Below are positions 8,635-19,400 of a DNA stretch of 64,000 nucleotides, one piece after another; position 1 is the first letter of the stretch, and every line of letters begins with the position of its first letter. This DNA comes from Gallionellaceae bacterium. GTDB lineage: Bacteria; Pseudomonadota; Gammaproteobacteria; Burkholderiales; Gallionellaceae. Location of the stretch: positions 57 to 64,056 of the forward strand of contig VIKH01000002.1 in assembly GCA_008080515.1 (NCBI GenBank). The letters run 5' to 3'. The notes beneath the pieces are model-generated. The model saw only the letters and a list, made by a program, of their open reading frames with translations, had not been told where the DNA came from and ran no database searches. The translations under genes and the position numbers were made by a program.

Positions 8635-10466
8635 CTCATTATCTCTCCGCGCCCGATTACATGCAGGACGGTTTCAGTGAAAGCGTTGATCGAAGCATGG
8701 CGCGAAAAAAATTCTTCCAACACCGATGCCAGCACGAATGGTGAGGTTCCATCAAAGTAGCGATCATCGCAGGTCAGGTTGATCTCGAGCCCACGCCCCA
8801 TGGTCACTGGCCCGCTGGTCGGCATGCGCCGGACGATGGGCTTCACCTCCACCGAACGTATTCCTTCCAACTGCTTGCGCAGGGGCGATTCTTCCCCGAT
8901 GCCGTAAAGCTCCAGCATCTGGCGCAGCGCGGCAGCGCCCTCTAGCGGCGATGTGTCGGTAAGCGATAGCGCATTCAGCGACAGGTGGCTGATAAGCCGC
9001 CAAGCCCCCTCGCGCTCCAGCACCGGCGGGGTCGGGCGGGTTGGCCCGCGCAAGCAGCGGATAGCCGCCACCGGCAACGATGTGTCGGGAGTAAAATCGC
9101 CTTTCTTGTTCCCCTTTACCATGAGAATAGGCAAGTCGCGGTTGGTGCACAGGGTTTCTACCGACAACTGTTTCAGTTGGGGATCCAGAGGCGGCGACGC
9201 CGTGTCTGTCAGGCTCAGGAAGATTTCGGTGCCTATGTAAGAAGTGCGCGCCCCGGTGCGCTTCTGGCTCGAGGAAAGCAGGCGCGCCTCTCTTCGCAAT
9301 GCGTAGAAGCCATCACCCCGGAGCGTAGCCTGGTCTATGGTGGCATACAGGGGGCGGAAATGCCGTTCACTCTCCAGATTGCTGCCATGCCCTGTCACCG
9401 AAGTAACTGCATATATCTCGAAGTCCATGGGACGGGTGCGGTCGGCCAGCAGGTGGTATTCGGTGCGCTTGGGTTCGAGATGAATGCGATCAGCAAGCTT
9501 GGGGAACAAATTGATGGCTGGCGTGGCATTCAGCTTGAAATGTTCTGCATCCACCAAACTCTCCAGCTTGGGGTCGGCGCGCCCCAACAGCACAAAGAAC
9601 TCGACCTCCTGTGCCTTGCAACTGGACAGCGCCTCGCGCAAGCCGGCCAACCGGAAAAACAGATAGCGCGAAGGGAACGCCGAATATTCCCGCAACAAAC
9701 GATAGCCGCGAAAGGAGCGTTGCGTCGTAAGCAGCGCCTCATCGCCGCCAAAGCCAACCCGTTCAAGAGAGGAGGCGTCAAGCAGGTGATGCCAGCGCAA
9801 CGGCCTGCGTGCAGGCACTACGGCAATACCCAGGCAGGATGAAAACAGATGTTCATAAACCCTGGCCGCCACCCCTTCCTCGCCAGACAGGTAAAAAGTC
9901 AGTCTTTCCAGCGGAAGTTGGTCAAAGGTCGCTTCGCCGTTGATCCGCAAGCGCAGTTTTATCGCGCCTTTAATGTCGGTCGGCAATGCCATTTCACGCG
10001 GGAATTCAGGCGGGTAAGAAAGGAATTTTGCCTCGGCAACTTCAATTGGCCACAGCGTCAATTCATGCGCCGTGCGGAACTCGCATGCGGTCTGCGCCTC
10101 CCCGCCCATTCTTCCGCGCATCACCGTGCCACGGGGAACGGTAAAACCTCGCGCCAATGCGCTTTCGCTGTAATCTGGCTCAAGGTGAACGATAGCCATG
10201 GATGGAAGCGGAGCGAGGTAATCCGGCAGCACCACCTCGGTGAGGTGCTGGGTAAATACGGGAAATTCCGCATCCAGCTTAAGCTGGATGCGTGCAGCAA
10301 GAAATGAGAAGCCCTCCAGCAAGCGCTCCACGTAAGGATCGGAGCACTCTATGCCTTCCATGGTGAGACGGCCGGCAATTTTTGGAAATTCGCGGGCAAA
10401 TTCCGCCGCCGACTCTCGGAGGTGCGTTAGCTCTTGGTTATAGTATTCGTAGAATCGGGGATGCAC
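8598..10466 (-). CDS. tssF: T6SS baseplate protein TssF
   Basis: 622 aa with the typical N-terminus MHPRFYEYYNQELTHLRESAAEFAREFPKIAGRL. GTG start. Confidence 0.93.
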   Translation of the reverse strand: MHPRFYEYYNQELTHLRESAAEFAREFPKIAGRLTMEGIECSDPYVERLLEGFSFLAARIQLKLDAEFPVFTQHLTEVVLPDYLAPLPSMAIVHLEPDYSESALARGFTVPRGTVMRGRMGGEAQTACEFRTAHELTLWPIEVAEAKFLSYPPEFPREMALPTDIKGAIKLRLRINGEATFDQLPLERLTFYLSGEEGVAARVYEHLFSSCLGIAVVPARRPLRWHHLLDASSLERVGFGGDEALLTTQRSFRGYRLLREYSAFPSRYLFFRLAGLREALSSCKAQEVEFFVLLGRADPKLESLVDAEHFKLNATPAINLFPKLADRIHLEPKRTEYHLLADRTRPMDFEIYAVTSVTGHGSNLESERHFRPLYATIDQATLRGDGFYALRREARLLSSSQKRTGARTSYIGTEIFLSLTDTASPPLDPQLKQLSVETLCTNRDLPILMVKGNKKGDFTPDTSLPVAAIRCLRGPTRPTPPVLEREGAWRLISHLSLNALSLTDTSPLEGAAALRQMLELYGIGEESPLRKQLEGIRSVEVKPIVRRMPTSGPVTMGRGLEINLTCDDRYFDGTSPFVLASVLEEFFSRHASINAFTETVLHVIGRGEIMRWKSRLGRRPVL

Positions 10467-10628
10467 ATCTGCCTCCGCTTATCAGGCTGCAACCAGCTCC
10501 AGAATCCTTATTTGCCGAAGCAGCCGACTACTGCACTGCCAGCAAATTTTCTCCTGAAATTTGCTTTTCGCTACCTGCCGAGTATTGAAACTGGCCGCTC
10601 CTGCAAGTGGAGCTTATTCTGCGCCCCA

Positions 10629-11138
10629 TTAGCGGAGGCCCCCTGCTTCTGCGACACGGCACTGACCATTCTCCAGATCAAGGTCGGTTTGCAAGGTCAG
10701 CTCTACGGGGGCAGGCTGCGCCCAGAGTTGTGCGCTGATCTTGAATGAAACAATGTTGTGCGGATTTCTTTCATGTGTGTCAATCTGGGCTTTGACAATT
10801 ACCGAATCGGCAATGAGCCGCGGCTCAAAATTGATTATGGCCAACCGCAACTCCCGCTCCAATTCCATCAGGTCCATGCTGGACAGGCAACGCCCGGACA
10901 AGGACGGCAAGCCATAATTCAATACCGAACGTTTGACCTCGGGATAATCGTCAAGATCGTCACTGGCAGAGAGGCGGGCAACATTAAATAACCACGCCAG
11001 ATCACGCAGTACACTGGCACGCAGCTGGGGTATCGTCATAAGGCGGCGATCCCTAGGCTCAACCTTGCTTTGCGGGTCATTATCCGTCAACCGGTCTAGC
11101 AGGCTGGGTACAAGCCTGTCGCGGAGCGCTTCTGCCAT
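10629..11138 (-). CDS. tssE: T6SS baseplate protein TssE (gp25-like)
   Basis: 169 aa, ...SLLDRLTDNDP...LRASVLRDLAWLFN...SVLNYGLP..., typical of GPW/gp25-family TssE. Position between tagJ and tssF. Confidence 0.9.
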   Translation of the reverse strand: MAEALRDRLVPSLLDRLTDNDPQSKVEPRDRRLMTIPQLRASVLRDLAWLFNVARLSASDDLDDYPEVKRSVLNYGLPSLSGRCLSSMDLMELERELRLAIINFEPRLIADSVIVKAQIDTHERNPHNIVSFKISAQLWAQPAPVELTLQTDLDLENGQCRVAEAGGLR

Positions 11139-11153
11139 TAGGGTATCAAATGC

Positions 11154-11951
11154 TTAGTTCAGGCCGAATTCCACCAGGCGCGTGTCCAGAAGCGGAAATT
11201 CGCCTGTATCGGTGGCAAACATGCGCTGGCCCGTCCCAATATAGGTCACGTCGCCGATATCCTGCCAATCGGTTTTGCGGGCCAATCGAAACTCGTCGTC
11301 GCTGTTTGTTTCGGTTCCAGGGTAACGTACCGGGATAAACGCCACTTGCGCGCCCCCGCTGGCAAAAGTGAGCCTGGCAGGCACCCAGACCAAATCGCGC
11401 ATGTCCACTGGCGCCTCAATCTCCATCTGCGCCAGACGATGAAACGGAATCCAGTAATACTTTCCGTTGACAATTGCCTCGACCACTGGCCCCAGCCGCG
11501 AATCCGCATCGGCAATCCATTCAAACCGGTTCTCGCCGATATGTCCGGCAGAAGCTGGAGCCTCTGCCAGCGCTTCTGCACGCAGCGCAGCAGCTTCATG
11601 GGTGCGCCCACAGGCATTCAAGCGAAGCGCCTCAACCAGCCTAGCCAGCCACATTTCCGGCTCGCCAACAAACAGCGGCGTTCTGCCCCCGGCAAACACC
11701 TGCCCGCGATACACTTCGCTGCGAATCACCTCCCGGTATGCTCGCGCCATTTCTTCAGTGCCCGGGTCAAGCCCCGCAACAGCACTTAACTGGCTGATCG
11801 CGCGTTGCCATTCCCCCATCACGCAGAAAAGCTGGAATAGCAGAACCCGCAAATCGGCCCGGCCAGGCTCCTTGCGGATGCGAGCCACCGTACCGTCAAT
11901 ACGATCTGCTAGGGTTCCGGCAGCAGCCCACTGCGTGGACAATGTCAGCAT
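11154..11951 (-). CDS. tagJ: T6SS accessory protein TagJ (ImpE family)
   Basis: 265 aa. N-terminal TPR-like half and C-terminal ...NGKYYWIPFHRLAQMEIEAPVDMRDLVWVPARLTF..., as in ImpE/TagJ. Lies between hcp and tssE as in the Pseudomonas H1 locus. Confidence 0.8.
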   Translation of the reverse strand: MLTLSTQWAAAGTLADRIDGTVARIRKEPGRADLRVLLFQLFCVMGEWQRAISQLSAVAGLDPGTEEMARAYREVIRSEVYRGQVFAGGRTPLFVGEPEMWLARLVEALRLNACGRTHEAAALRAEALAEAPASAGHIGENRFEWIADADSRLGPVVEAIVNGKYYWIPFHRLAQMEIEAPVDMRDLVWVPARLTFASGGAQVAFIPVRYPGTETNSDDEFRLARKTDWQDIGDVTYIGTGQRMFATDTGEFPLLDTRLVEFGLN

Positions 11952-11974
11952 AATTATCCTGGCACAAAATCAAA

Positions 11975-11994
11975 GCGGCGCCGTGAGGCGCCGC
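11975..11994 (-). terminator. GC hairpin plus U-rich tail immediately after hcp (terminator or attenuator)
   Basis: GCGGCGCC (11975-11982) / loop GTGA / GGCGCCGC (11987-11994). On the minus strand it is followed by TTTGATTTTGTG. Lies between the hcp stop (12004) and the tagJ start (11951). Confidence 0.5.
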
Positions 11995-12003
11995 CAAGTA
12001 CAT

Positions 12004-12492
12004 TTACACTACAGCATTTTTGCCGATGTTGTACCCCATCGTTATGACTGGCCCCCCAGAACCATCCGGCTTTTGCTCCGAATATTCATATTTGACCTCC
12101 CTGAAATTTAGCGTCACATTTTCCGTCAGAAGCTCTGCCTGATTAGCAGAACCTCCCGTGCTCACGTTTGTTACGATAATGTCTTTCAGGGTAAACACCA
12201 TATACTCCAGCGGATTCTTGCCGCCAGCCTTGCGCACAATCAGTTTCCCTTCAGGAATATGGGTGCCCTGGCAGCAATTCAGCATCAAAATGGGTGAAGC
12301 TTTATCCACGTACTTGGTAATGGACAAATCCTGAACATTGACTTTGCCCGCCCCCCCGCCGCTGCCAAGGTGGGTCGTGCCGGTATTCGACATTCCCCAT
12401 GACCAAGCAAGAACATTTATTTTCCCTTTATGTTTTGCATCAATGGACTCACCAGGAATTCCCTTAAGATCCAAAAACATATCTACCGACAT
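12004..12492 (-). CDS. hcp: T6SS inner tube protein Hcp (TssD)
   Basis: 162 aa, MSVDMFLDLKGIPGES..KHKGKINVLAWSWGMSN...KYVDKASP.L..., classic Hcp. Confidence 0.95.
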   Translation of the reverse strand: MSVDMFLDLKGIPGESIDAKHKGKINVLAWSWGMSNTGTTHLGSGGGAGKVNVQDLSITKYVDKASPILMLNCCQGTHIPEGKLIVRKAGGKNPLEYMVFTLKDIIVTNVSTGGSANQAELLTENVTLNFREVKYEYSEQKPDGSGGPVITMGYNIGKNAVV

Positions 12493-12542
12493 GATTGTTC
12501 TCCTTAATGTTAAATACGATTTGAATTAAGCCCTATGCTTTC

Positions 12543-14038
12543 TCATGCTGCTTTAGCAGAGGGAAGTTTTGATACCAGACGCAATGAAACTGACAAGCCT
12601 TCCAACTGATAATGCGGTCGTAAAAAAAACTTGGAGGTATAGTAGCCAGGGTTGCCCTCTACTTCCTCGACTATAACTTCAGCTCCCGCAAGCGGTTTCT
12701 CTGCCTTGGTTGTTTCCGAGGAGTGATCCGGGTCACCATCAACATACTGCGTAATCCACCTCTGCAGCTCATACTGCATGCTGGCTGCGCTCGAAAACGA
12801 CTGTCACGCACCATGCACTTCAAGTAATGCGCAAACCTGCTTACCGCAAAAAGGTAAGGGAGCCGCGCTCCCAGGTTGGCATTGGCTGTCGCATCCGGAT
12901 CGTCAAACTCGACCGGCTTATGCAACGACTGGGCACCGATGAATGCCGCGAAATCAGAGTTCTTGCGGTGTACCAATGGCATGAAGCCATTCTTCGCCAA
13001 CTCGGCCTCGCGGCGGTCACTGATGGCAATTTCTGTCGGGCATTTCATGTCTACTCCACCATCATCCGAAGGGAACGTGTGGGTAGGAAGTCCTTCCACC
13101 GCACCACCCGATTCGACGCCACGAATGGCGGTACACCATCCGTATGTCTTGAACGAGCGGTTTATGTTTGTCGCCATCGCATAGGCAGAGTTTGCCCAGG
13201 CATATTTACCATGATCGCCGCCACCCGTATCTTCTTCAAAATCGAATTCTTCAACCGGGTTGCTTTTTGCGCCATATGGGGTGCGCGCCAGGAATCTTGG
13301 TAAAGCCAAACCAAGGTAGCGCGAATCTTCCGATTCTCGCAACGAGCGCCAGCCGGCATATTCTGGTGTTGTAAACTTGGACGTCAGATCGCGGGGATTG
13401 GCCAGCTCCTGCCATGTTTCCATCTGAAGCAACGATGGGTTCGCCCCGGTAATAAACGGGCAGTGCGCTGCGGCCGAGATTTTAGAGATCTCCCCCAGCA
13501 ACTCGACATCGGGCGGCGTGTGATCAAAATGGTAATCTCCTACCAAACAGCCAAACGGCTCACCGCCCAGTTGCCCATATTCGCTCTCGTAAATTTTCTT
13601 GAACATCGGGCTTTGATCCCAAGCAACCCCCTTGAAGCTCTTTAAATTCCTAGAAAGATCCTTTTTGCTGATATTCATCACCCGGATCTTGAGCTGGTCA
13701 TCGGTTTCAGTATTGCTCACCAGATGATGAAGCCCTCGCCAAGCACCTTCCAGCTTTTGGAAATCCTCATGATGGAGAATCAGGTTGACCTGTTCGGTAA
13801 GCTTCTTATCTATGGCGGCGATCATTGCATTGATAGATGCAATTACATCACCCGATATAAGCGTAGTGCCCACCAACGCCTGCTCGGCAAGCGTGCGCAC
13901 CGCAGCCTTCACCGCATCCTTCGCCTCGTCAGACTTCGGCTTGAACTCCTTCTGCAATAACGACAAAAATTCGTCCGTTTCGGTTGCAACGCCCTGCTGC
14001 GCCGCTTCTTTTTGCTGATTCTGGTTTGCCATGGCCAC
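12543..14038 (-). pseudogene. tssC: T6SS sheath large subunit TssC, frameshifted near the 3' end
   Basis: ORF 12671..14038 matches TssC up to ...SRFAHYLKCMVRD and then turns to out-of-frame text. ORF 12543..12779 (MQYELQRWITQYV...VEEVEGNPGYYTSKFFLRPHYQLEGLSVSLRLVSKLP) is the conserved TssC C-terminus in another frame. The total span of 1496 nt needs +1 or -2 nt to be in frame. Confidence 0.9.
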
Positions 14039-14089
14039 GTCCCTGAATAATTACACTGAAATTCCTTGCCAACAAAGTCTCAATTGGCC

Positions 14090-14605
14090 TCAATTATTAG
14101 CAGGCTTGTCGTCAACAGGTGCTGGTGCGGCAGATAGCGATTGCAGCAGCGCTGGATCTTGCAAAATTTTCGCAATGAGGTCTTCTGCGCCGGTTTTACC
14201 ATCCATGTATGTAATCAAATTCGCGAGTTGAGTGCGCGCTTCGAGCAACTTGTTCAGCGAATCAACTTTTTGGGCAATTGCAGCAGGTGAAAACTCGGCC
14301 ATACTTTCAAATGTCATGTCCACATTGATATTGCCATCGCCTGTCAGCGTATTGGGAACTTGGAACGCAACACGCGGCTTCATTGATTTCATGCGGTCAT
14401 CAAAATTATCCACATCAATATCAAGAAACTTGCGGTCAGTCACTGGCGGCAACGCCTCTGCTGGCTTGCCAGACAAGTCCGCCAGCACGCCCATGACAAA
14501 AGGTAGTTGAACTTTTTTCTTTGCTCCAAACAATTCGACGTCATATTCGATTTGCACTCGCGGAGCCCTGTTCCGAGCAATAAATTTCTGACTACTGACA
14601 GCCAT
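14090..14605 (-). CDS. tssB: T6SS sheath small subunit TssB
   Basis: 171 aa, ...FIARNRAPRVQIEYDVE..AKKKVQLPFVMGVLADLSG..., typical VipA/TssB. Confidence 0.95.
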   Translation of the reverse strand: MAVSSQKFIARNRAPRVQIEYDVELFGAKKKVQLPFVMGVLADLSGKPAEALPPVTDRKFLDIDVDNFDDRMKSMKPRVAFQVPNTLTGDGNINVDMTFESMAEFSPAAIAQKVDSLNKLLEARTQLANLITYMDGKTGAEDLIAKILQDPALLQSLSAAPAPVDDKPANN

Positions 14606-14721
14606 AATGCCTCCCTATTTATTATTCAGCAATAAAATACGTCCGGAATACTGCTCGCCGTGTAACGTTTCCCGAATTGTCACACAACAAAGCTATTTTG
14701 TAAAAAATCAGGGCTGCCGCC

Positions 14722-15783
14722 TTACTCCCCCTTGATCCCGGCAATGTGCTCAATTTCCCCTACAGTGCCAGGCGTCAACTCGCGCATGATGTCCAGAAAA
14801 TTCATGTCGAGCAAACGTGCCGCCCTGCGTATCAACAATGGTGCCGGATGGGCTGGTTCTGTTCTCTCCAGGTAATCACACACCTGTTCCAGAGTTCGCT
14901 TGACATCAGCACGCGTTGCTATTTTTCCACCTGACTGACGTTCAACTGGGATCTCACCAGCTTCAGCGGTCGGAGCCTCGGCTTCATTCCCGCCTTGCTG
15001 GACGCCACCAGCCTCACCATAAATTGTTGCGGCTCGTCCTATGATTTTCTTCAGGGGGGTGAAATCAGGGGTGGCCGAAGTACGCTCGCTAAATACCGAT
15101 ACGATCAATGCCAGATTGTTCAACGCGCTCCTGCATGCATCCTGGCGCTCGCCCACCAAAAGTGGGTCCATTTCCCCGCAGGCAGCACGCAATAGCTCGG
15201 GGGTGGCTGCTACCTGCCCTTCCATTGCAGACGCATCGCCATTAGCGACATCAATATCGCGAAGCACAAACCTGCCGACCGCTCTTGCTTCCGCAAACGG
15301 CACTCCCTTCAATGCACGTATCAATGTTAGCGGGTCACAAAGCCCATTCAAGACATTGATACGCATGAACGGATCCAATCCGTCATCGGGATCTAGGCGA
15401 GGATGAACATCATCCCAGTAACGTTCAAGCATTCGGGCCAAAAGCTCGGTGCCACTAGCGAAACCCGGCAACCCTTCAATGCATGTCGCGCCATATACGG
15501 CATGCACCGCCACACGCAAGTCCTTGGTTCGCTTGAACAGCGCCAACGCCGCATCCAGCACTGCACGGGCATCCGGTTGTTCGCCTGGAATGATTTGTTC
15601 TACATCCCGGCCGGTTTCGGCATCCTTGACAATCACAACCCGGTCCGGAGTGCCTTTAGCCTTGATCAGCAGACTATCAAATTCCTGGTCATATTCGAGG
15701 TCTTGTCCAGCTGGTTGTTCTGCCGAAACAGGATCAAGAAGTGAATCAATTTCGAAAAGTGCCATCCCCTCCCCCTCTGCCAA
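14722..15783 (-). CDS. tssA: T6SS protein TssA (ImpA N-terminal domain)
   Basis: 353 aa; ImpA_N signature ...PVSAEQPAGQDLEYDQEFDSL.... Located upstream of tssB. Confidence 0.85.
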   Translation of the reverse strand: MAEGEGMALFEIDSLLDPVSAEQPAGQDLEYDQEFDSLLIKAKGTPDRVVIVKDAETGRDVEQIIPGEQPDARAVLDAALALFKRTKDLRVAVHAVYGATCIEGLPGFASGTELLARMLERYWDDVHPRLDPDDGLDPFMRINVLNGLCDPLTLIRALKGVPFAEARAVGRFVLRDIDVANGDASAMEGQVAATPELLRAACGEMDPLLVGERQDACRSALNNLALIVSVFSERTSATPDFTPLKKIIGRAATIYGEAGGVQQGGNEAEAPTAEAGEIPVERQSGGKIATRADVKRTLEQVCDYLERTEPAHPAPLLIRRAARLLDMNFLDIMRELTPGTVGEIEHIAGIKGE

Positions 15784-15872
15784 GCGATAAAGCGGTGTAT
15801 TAGACTTGATTAACTAGAAAACTATCATCTGTGGCAAATAAGCGCAACGGTATGCGTTAATGAAACGCCTTA

Positions 15873-16487
15873 CTACCGCTTCGTTACATCAATCCAGCCA
15901 TGAGCCTCAAAACTCCTGTCCAGCAATGCACAATAAACTTCTTTATTCGGCAAAGATTCAGTAGCCAGAAGCAAGTGCTCCTGTGTATCTGCAAATTCAG
16001 CCCCCCACAAGGAGACCGGTTTGAGAGCTCCTGAAATTGCATAACGAATTTGCGATGTCCGTTCTTTGAAATTGTCGTCCTGCGACGCCCTTGCATAAAA
16101 CGATGCAAGATTTTCTGTCGGCTCGGGAATTGTTGTATTCAAGGGGATCGTGTCCTCGTTTTCTTGCATGTCCACATGAGCGGGCTTGGGAAATCTGTTC
16201 AGCCTCACCTCATATTCCTTAAAATCCAGATCTTGCTTCAAGGCGTCCATTCCCAAATCCTCGATAGCCCGGAACCAGCCATCATTTGCCAGATAGGTTT
16301 GAGCAATATCTGTTTGTGGCGATATCGGCAACGCCAAGGTTAAGGGAAAATATCTGCCAACACGATCAACACTGGGAAGCATGATGCCGATCCACGCATT
16401 GCCCCCCAAAATATCAGGCCCAACGATAAATCTCCAAGTTGGCGCCAGCATGTATATTTCCAGCCAGGAATCACCCAGCAATTGCAC
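15873..16487 (-). CDS. tagF: TagF-like T6SS accessory protein, apparently N-terminally short
   Basis: 204 aa; LLGDSWLEIYMLAPTWRFIVGP...GIMLPSVDRVGRYFPLTLA is the conserved TagF core. GTG start lies 17 nt inside tssM, and an in-frame stop lies 4 codons upstream. Confidence 0.75.
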   Translation of the reverse strand: MQLLGDSWLEIYMLAPTWRFIVGPDILGGNAWIGIMLPSVDRVGRYFPLTLALPISPQTDIAQTYLANDGWFRAIEDLGMDALKQDLDFKEYEVRLNRFPKPAHVDMQENEDTIPLNTTIPEPTENLASFYARASQDDNFKERTSQIRYAISGALKPVSLWGAEFADTQEHLLLATESLPNKEVYCALLDRSFEAHGWIDVTKR

Positions 16488-19400
16488 CCAGCTCTTTTAA
16501 TTTGAAAGGATTAAGCACGCTATTTGAACGAAGCTCGAATTGCGCCTTCTTCCCCTCCACCATGAACACAAGCCGCAGGCGTTCAGGCGAGCTTGAATCG
16601 CTCGACGCCTTGTCAATCAAACGAAAAATAGCCCAATCGCCATCAGCCGCAATTCCATGGGTAGAGTTAGCGGCATATAGTTTTGCAGAGGAGGCACCGT
16701 TTTGAGCGGGCCACCGTAATAGTAAAGGCGCGCTATTTGATGAGGAAAAGCGATGCGATTCTCCATTGTATTCCAAGGTGACTTGAGGCCATTCAGTCGA
16801 GACAAGCCTCAACTCGGCAGAAATTGAAGCCGTTGTGCTGCCTCGGAAAAATGTTCTCCTGATCGAATCGGCATTTTGAAATTGGCGCAATGCTGCCGAC
16901 GAAATTGGGCTGGTAGACTCTGCCCCGAGCTTCAGCTTCCAGAGCTGGCCAGATGTATCCACATACTGCTTCAGGCTCGAGTTGAAAAAACTATCCAGTT
17001 CGCCGCCCGGAGAAAAAACCGAATTGAAATCCGCAACCAAAATATCATTCTGGGAAGAATGTGTTGCTGGGTATCTGCCTGAAATGGATTTGTCGCAAAA
17101 TGACGATGCCCCAACAATGGCTTTCTGAATATTTCCCTGGTTCATGGCAGCTGCCTGCCCTGCTGTAACCGTAACCAGGCTTTTCAATATCTGGTTTAAA
17201 GGCATGGGAAGCCGTTCCGCTTCCGCCTTCAACCGGGCAGATGAAACCAATGGCTTCATGTCTGCAAGGCTTCCCTGCCCCCCGCTCTGGTAAGCAGAAA
17301 TCTCCTGATAAAAATCGTTTAATACTGCAAGGGGTTGATCAATGGCCATACGCTGGCCTGGCGCAGGAACAGATACCAATTGCCTCAATGAATCAAAATG
17401 GTCATCTACAGCGCTTTCCGGGTGCTTTTTTGCCTTTAATTGATCCTTCACTGCTGATGGCGCCCCGCTTAATATTTTCGCCGCCATTTCCTTTGCGCCA
17501 TCCAGTACGCCACCCATAATCTTCTCCTTGGCCCCGGCAGTCGCATCACTTGGAACAAGCGACACCTCCTTCATCACTCCCAGCAGCAGCTTTTTCAATG
17601 GCGAATCGGGAGCGCTCAAAGCGCGGGCATACATCACCGTATCATTAAGTGACGCTGACTTCTTAAGCCGAATGTCATTCAGTAACGCATCCCAGTTCCG
17701 GACATATTCGTCAAAATACCTGCGCTTCACGGCTTCAAGCAATTGCCCTTTGTCTACTTCCTTTTTGGATGAAGACTGTTCCCCAAGAACCCATTTGTCC
17801 TCATCCGCCATCTGACTTACGATCTTCTCTGCCTCTTTGCGAAATCCGTCATGGTATCCAGCGTAGGTAAAGATCGCTGGAAACGGGGCAGACAAAGGTT
17901 CTCCGCTTGCTCTTTCAAAAAGTTGCGCACCATCAGGCCCCAGTATTTCACTCAGCTTAACCGGTTGAATTGACTGCGGAGCACCCATCAAGCGAATACG
18001 GGAATAAATCCTATCGACCAACGAAGACGAAGCAAGAGAACGCCTGGCCGCCGCCACCAATGAGTCATCCTGAACCCATGCAATATTGAGCGGCCTACTT
18101 TCAATGCTCGCTACCAAATGGTTAACGAATTCCACTTGGATGCTTTCCTGACCTGCTCCCCACAAGCTTTGTTCCAAATCCACTGCCAAAAAAGCAGCCA
18201 ATGCCTTAGGGTCAAGATGTTTTTCGTCGAACAGCATGAGATAGGCCTTGAGTGCTTCATACTTGACCTCGTTCTTTTGTGAATTGCGGATCTGTTCTTC
18301 CAAAAACATTGCAATGCGGGGCAGGAATGCAGTTCTTAGGGCACGCTGGTAAGCATCCCCTGCCATATCGCCAATTCTCTCTCCCTGAAACAGTCCAAAA
18401 CGCAGACTCCATCCAGCCGACTTATTACTGTCGGCGTATCCATATGGAAGATTGCGCAATTCAGTCAGGAACGGGAGCGCCGCATGCAGGTCGTTGGCAG
18501 ATGGCGGCGGCAGGCTCGTGCTCATCTGCACGAGGGAGTTAACCTTGCCTTCCACTTCGTTTATTAAGGCTTCATTTCTGAAGTAGCTGAAGGTCCATGC
18601 AACAAGCAGGCAAATTGCGACAACCCCCAGAGAAGCATACGCGCCTCTTAAAAGCCATTTTCTCTTTTTCTCTTTTTTTTCATCAAACCCCGCCAATCCA
18701 AATTCAGGAAAAACCACTTCCTTGAGCAATCTTGTGAGAAAAAAAGACTTGCCGCTTGAACCCACTGGCGGCAGAATCTTTCTCTCCATTTTCAGCATCC
18801 TAGACAAAGCGCCCAATACCCTGTCTATAGGCGTGCCTTCTTGGGTGCCGCTTGTGAAATAAACGCCGCGCAACAGCGGCATTTGTTCATAGCGAGTCCC
18901 GCTAAAAACCTGCTCTATGAATCGGGCCAACAATGGCTCCATGGCACCGAATTGCTGCGGGAAGCTATAAACCAGAGCCCTGCGCTGGAAGTCCTTTTCC
19001 TGCTGCATGCGATCAACCAGCCGCGCGGTTAATCTTTTAGCAACTTCCTCAAACTGCGTCTTGAAAGCCAATGAATAATCATAATTACCAGTCATGGTCT
19101 GTTTGTAAGGGAAAGTCATCCCAAAAACCTGCGCTCTTTCCTCATGGCCAAGATCTGAAAAAAACTCCATGAATCCGGCCAGCAAATCCGTTTTGGTAAC
19201 CATTAAATAAACCGGAAAGCGCACACCAAGCTTCTGGTACAGTTCCTGGATTCTCTGGCGAACAGCCACAGCATATGCGTCTCTGTCGCGTTCTGATTGA
19301 GCAAGCAAATCAGACAAGCTTACGGTAACAATAGCTCCGTTCAGCGGACGGCGCGAACGGAATTTCTTCAATAAATCAAGAAACCCAAGCCAAGCAGTAC

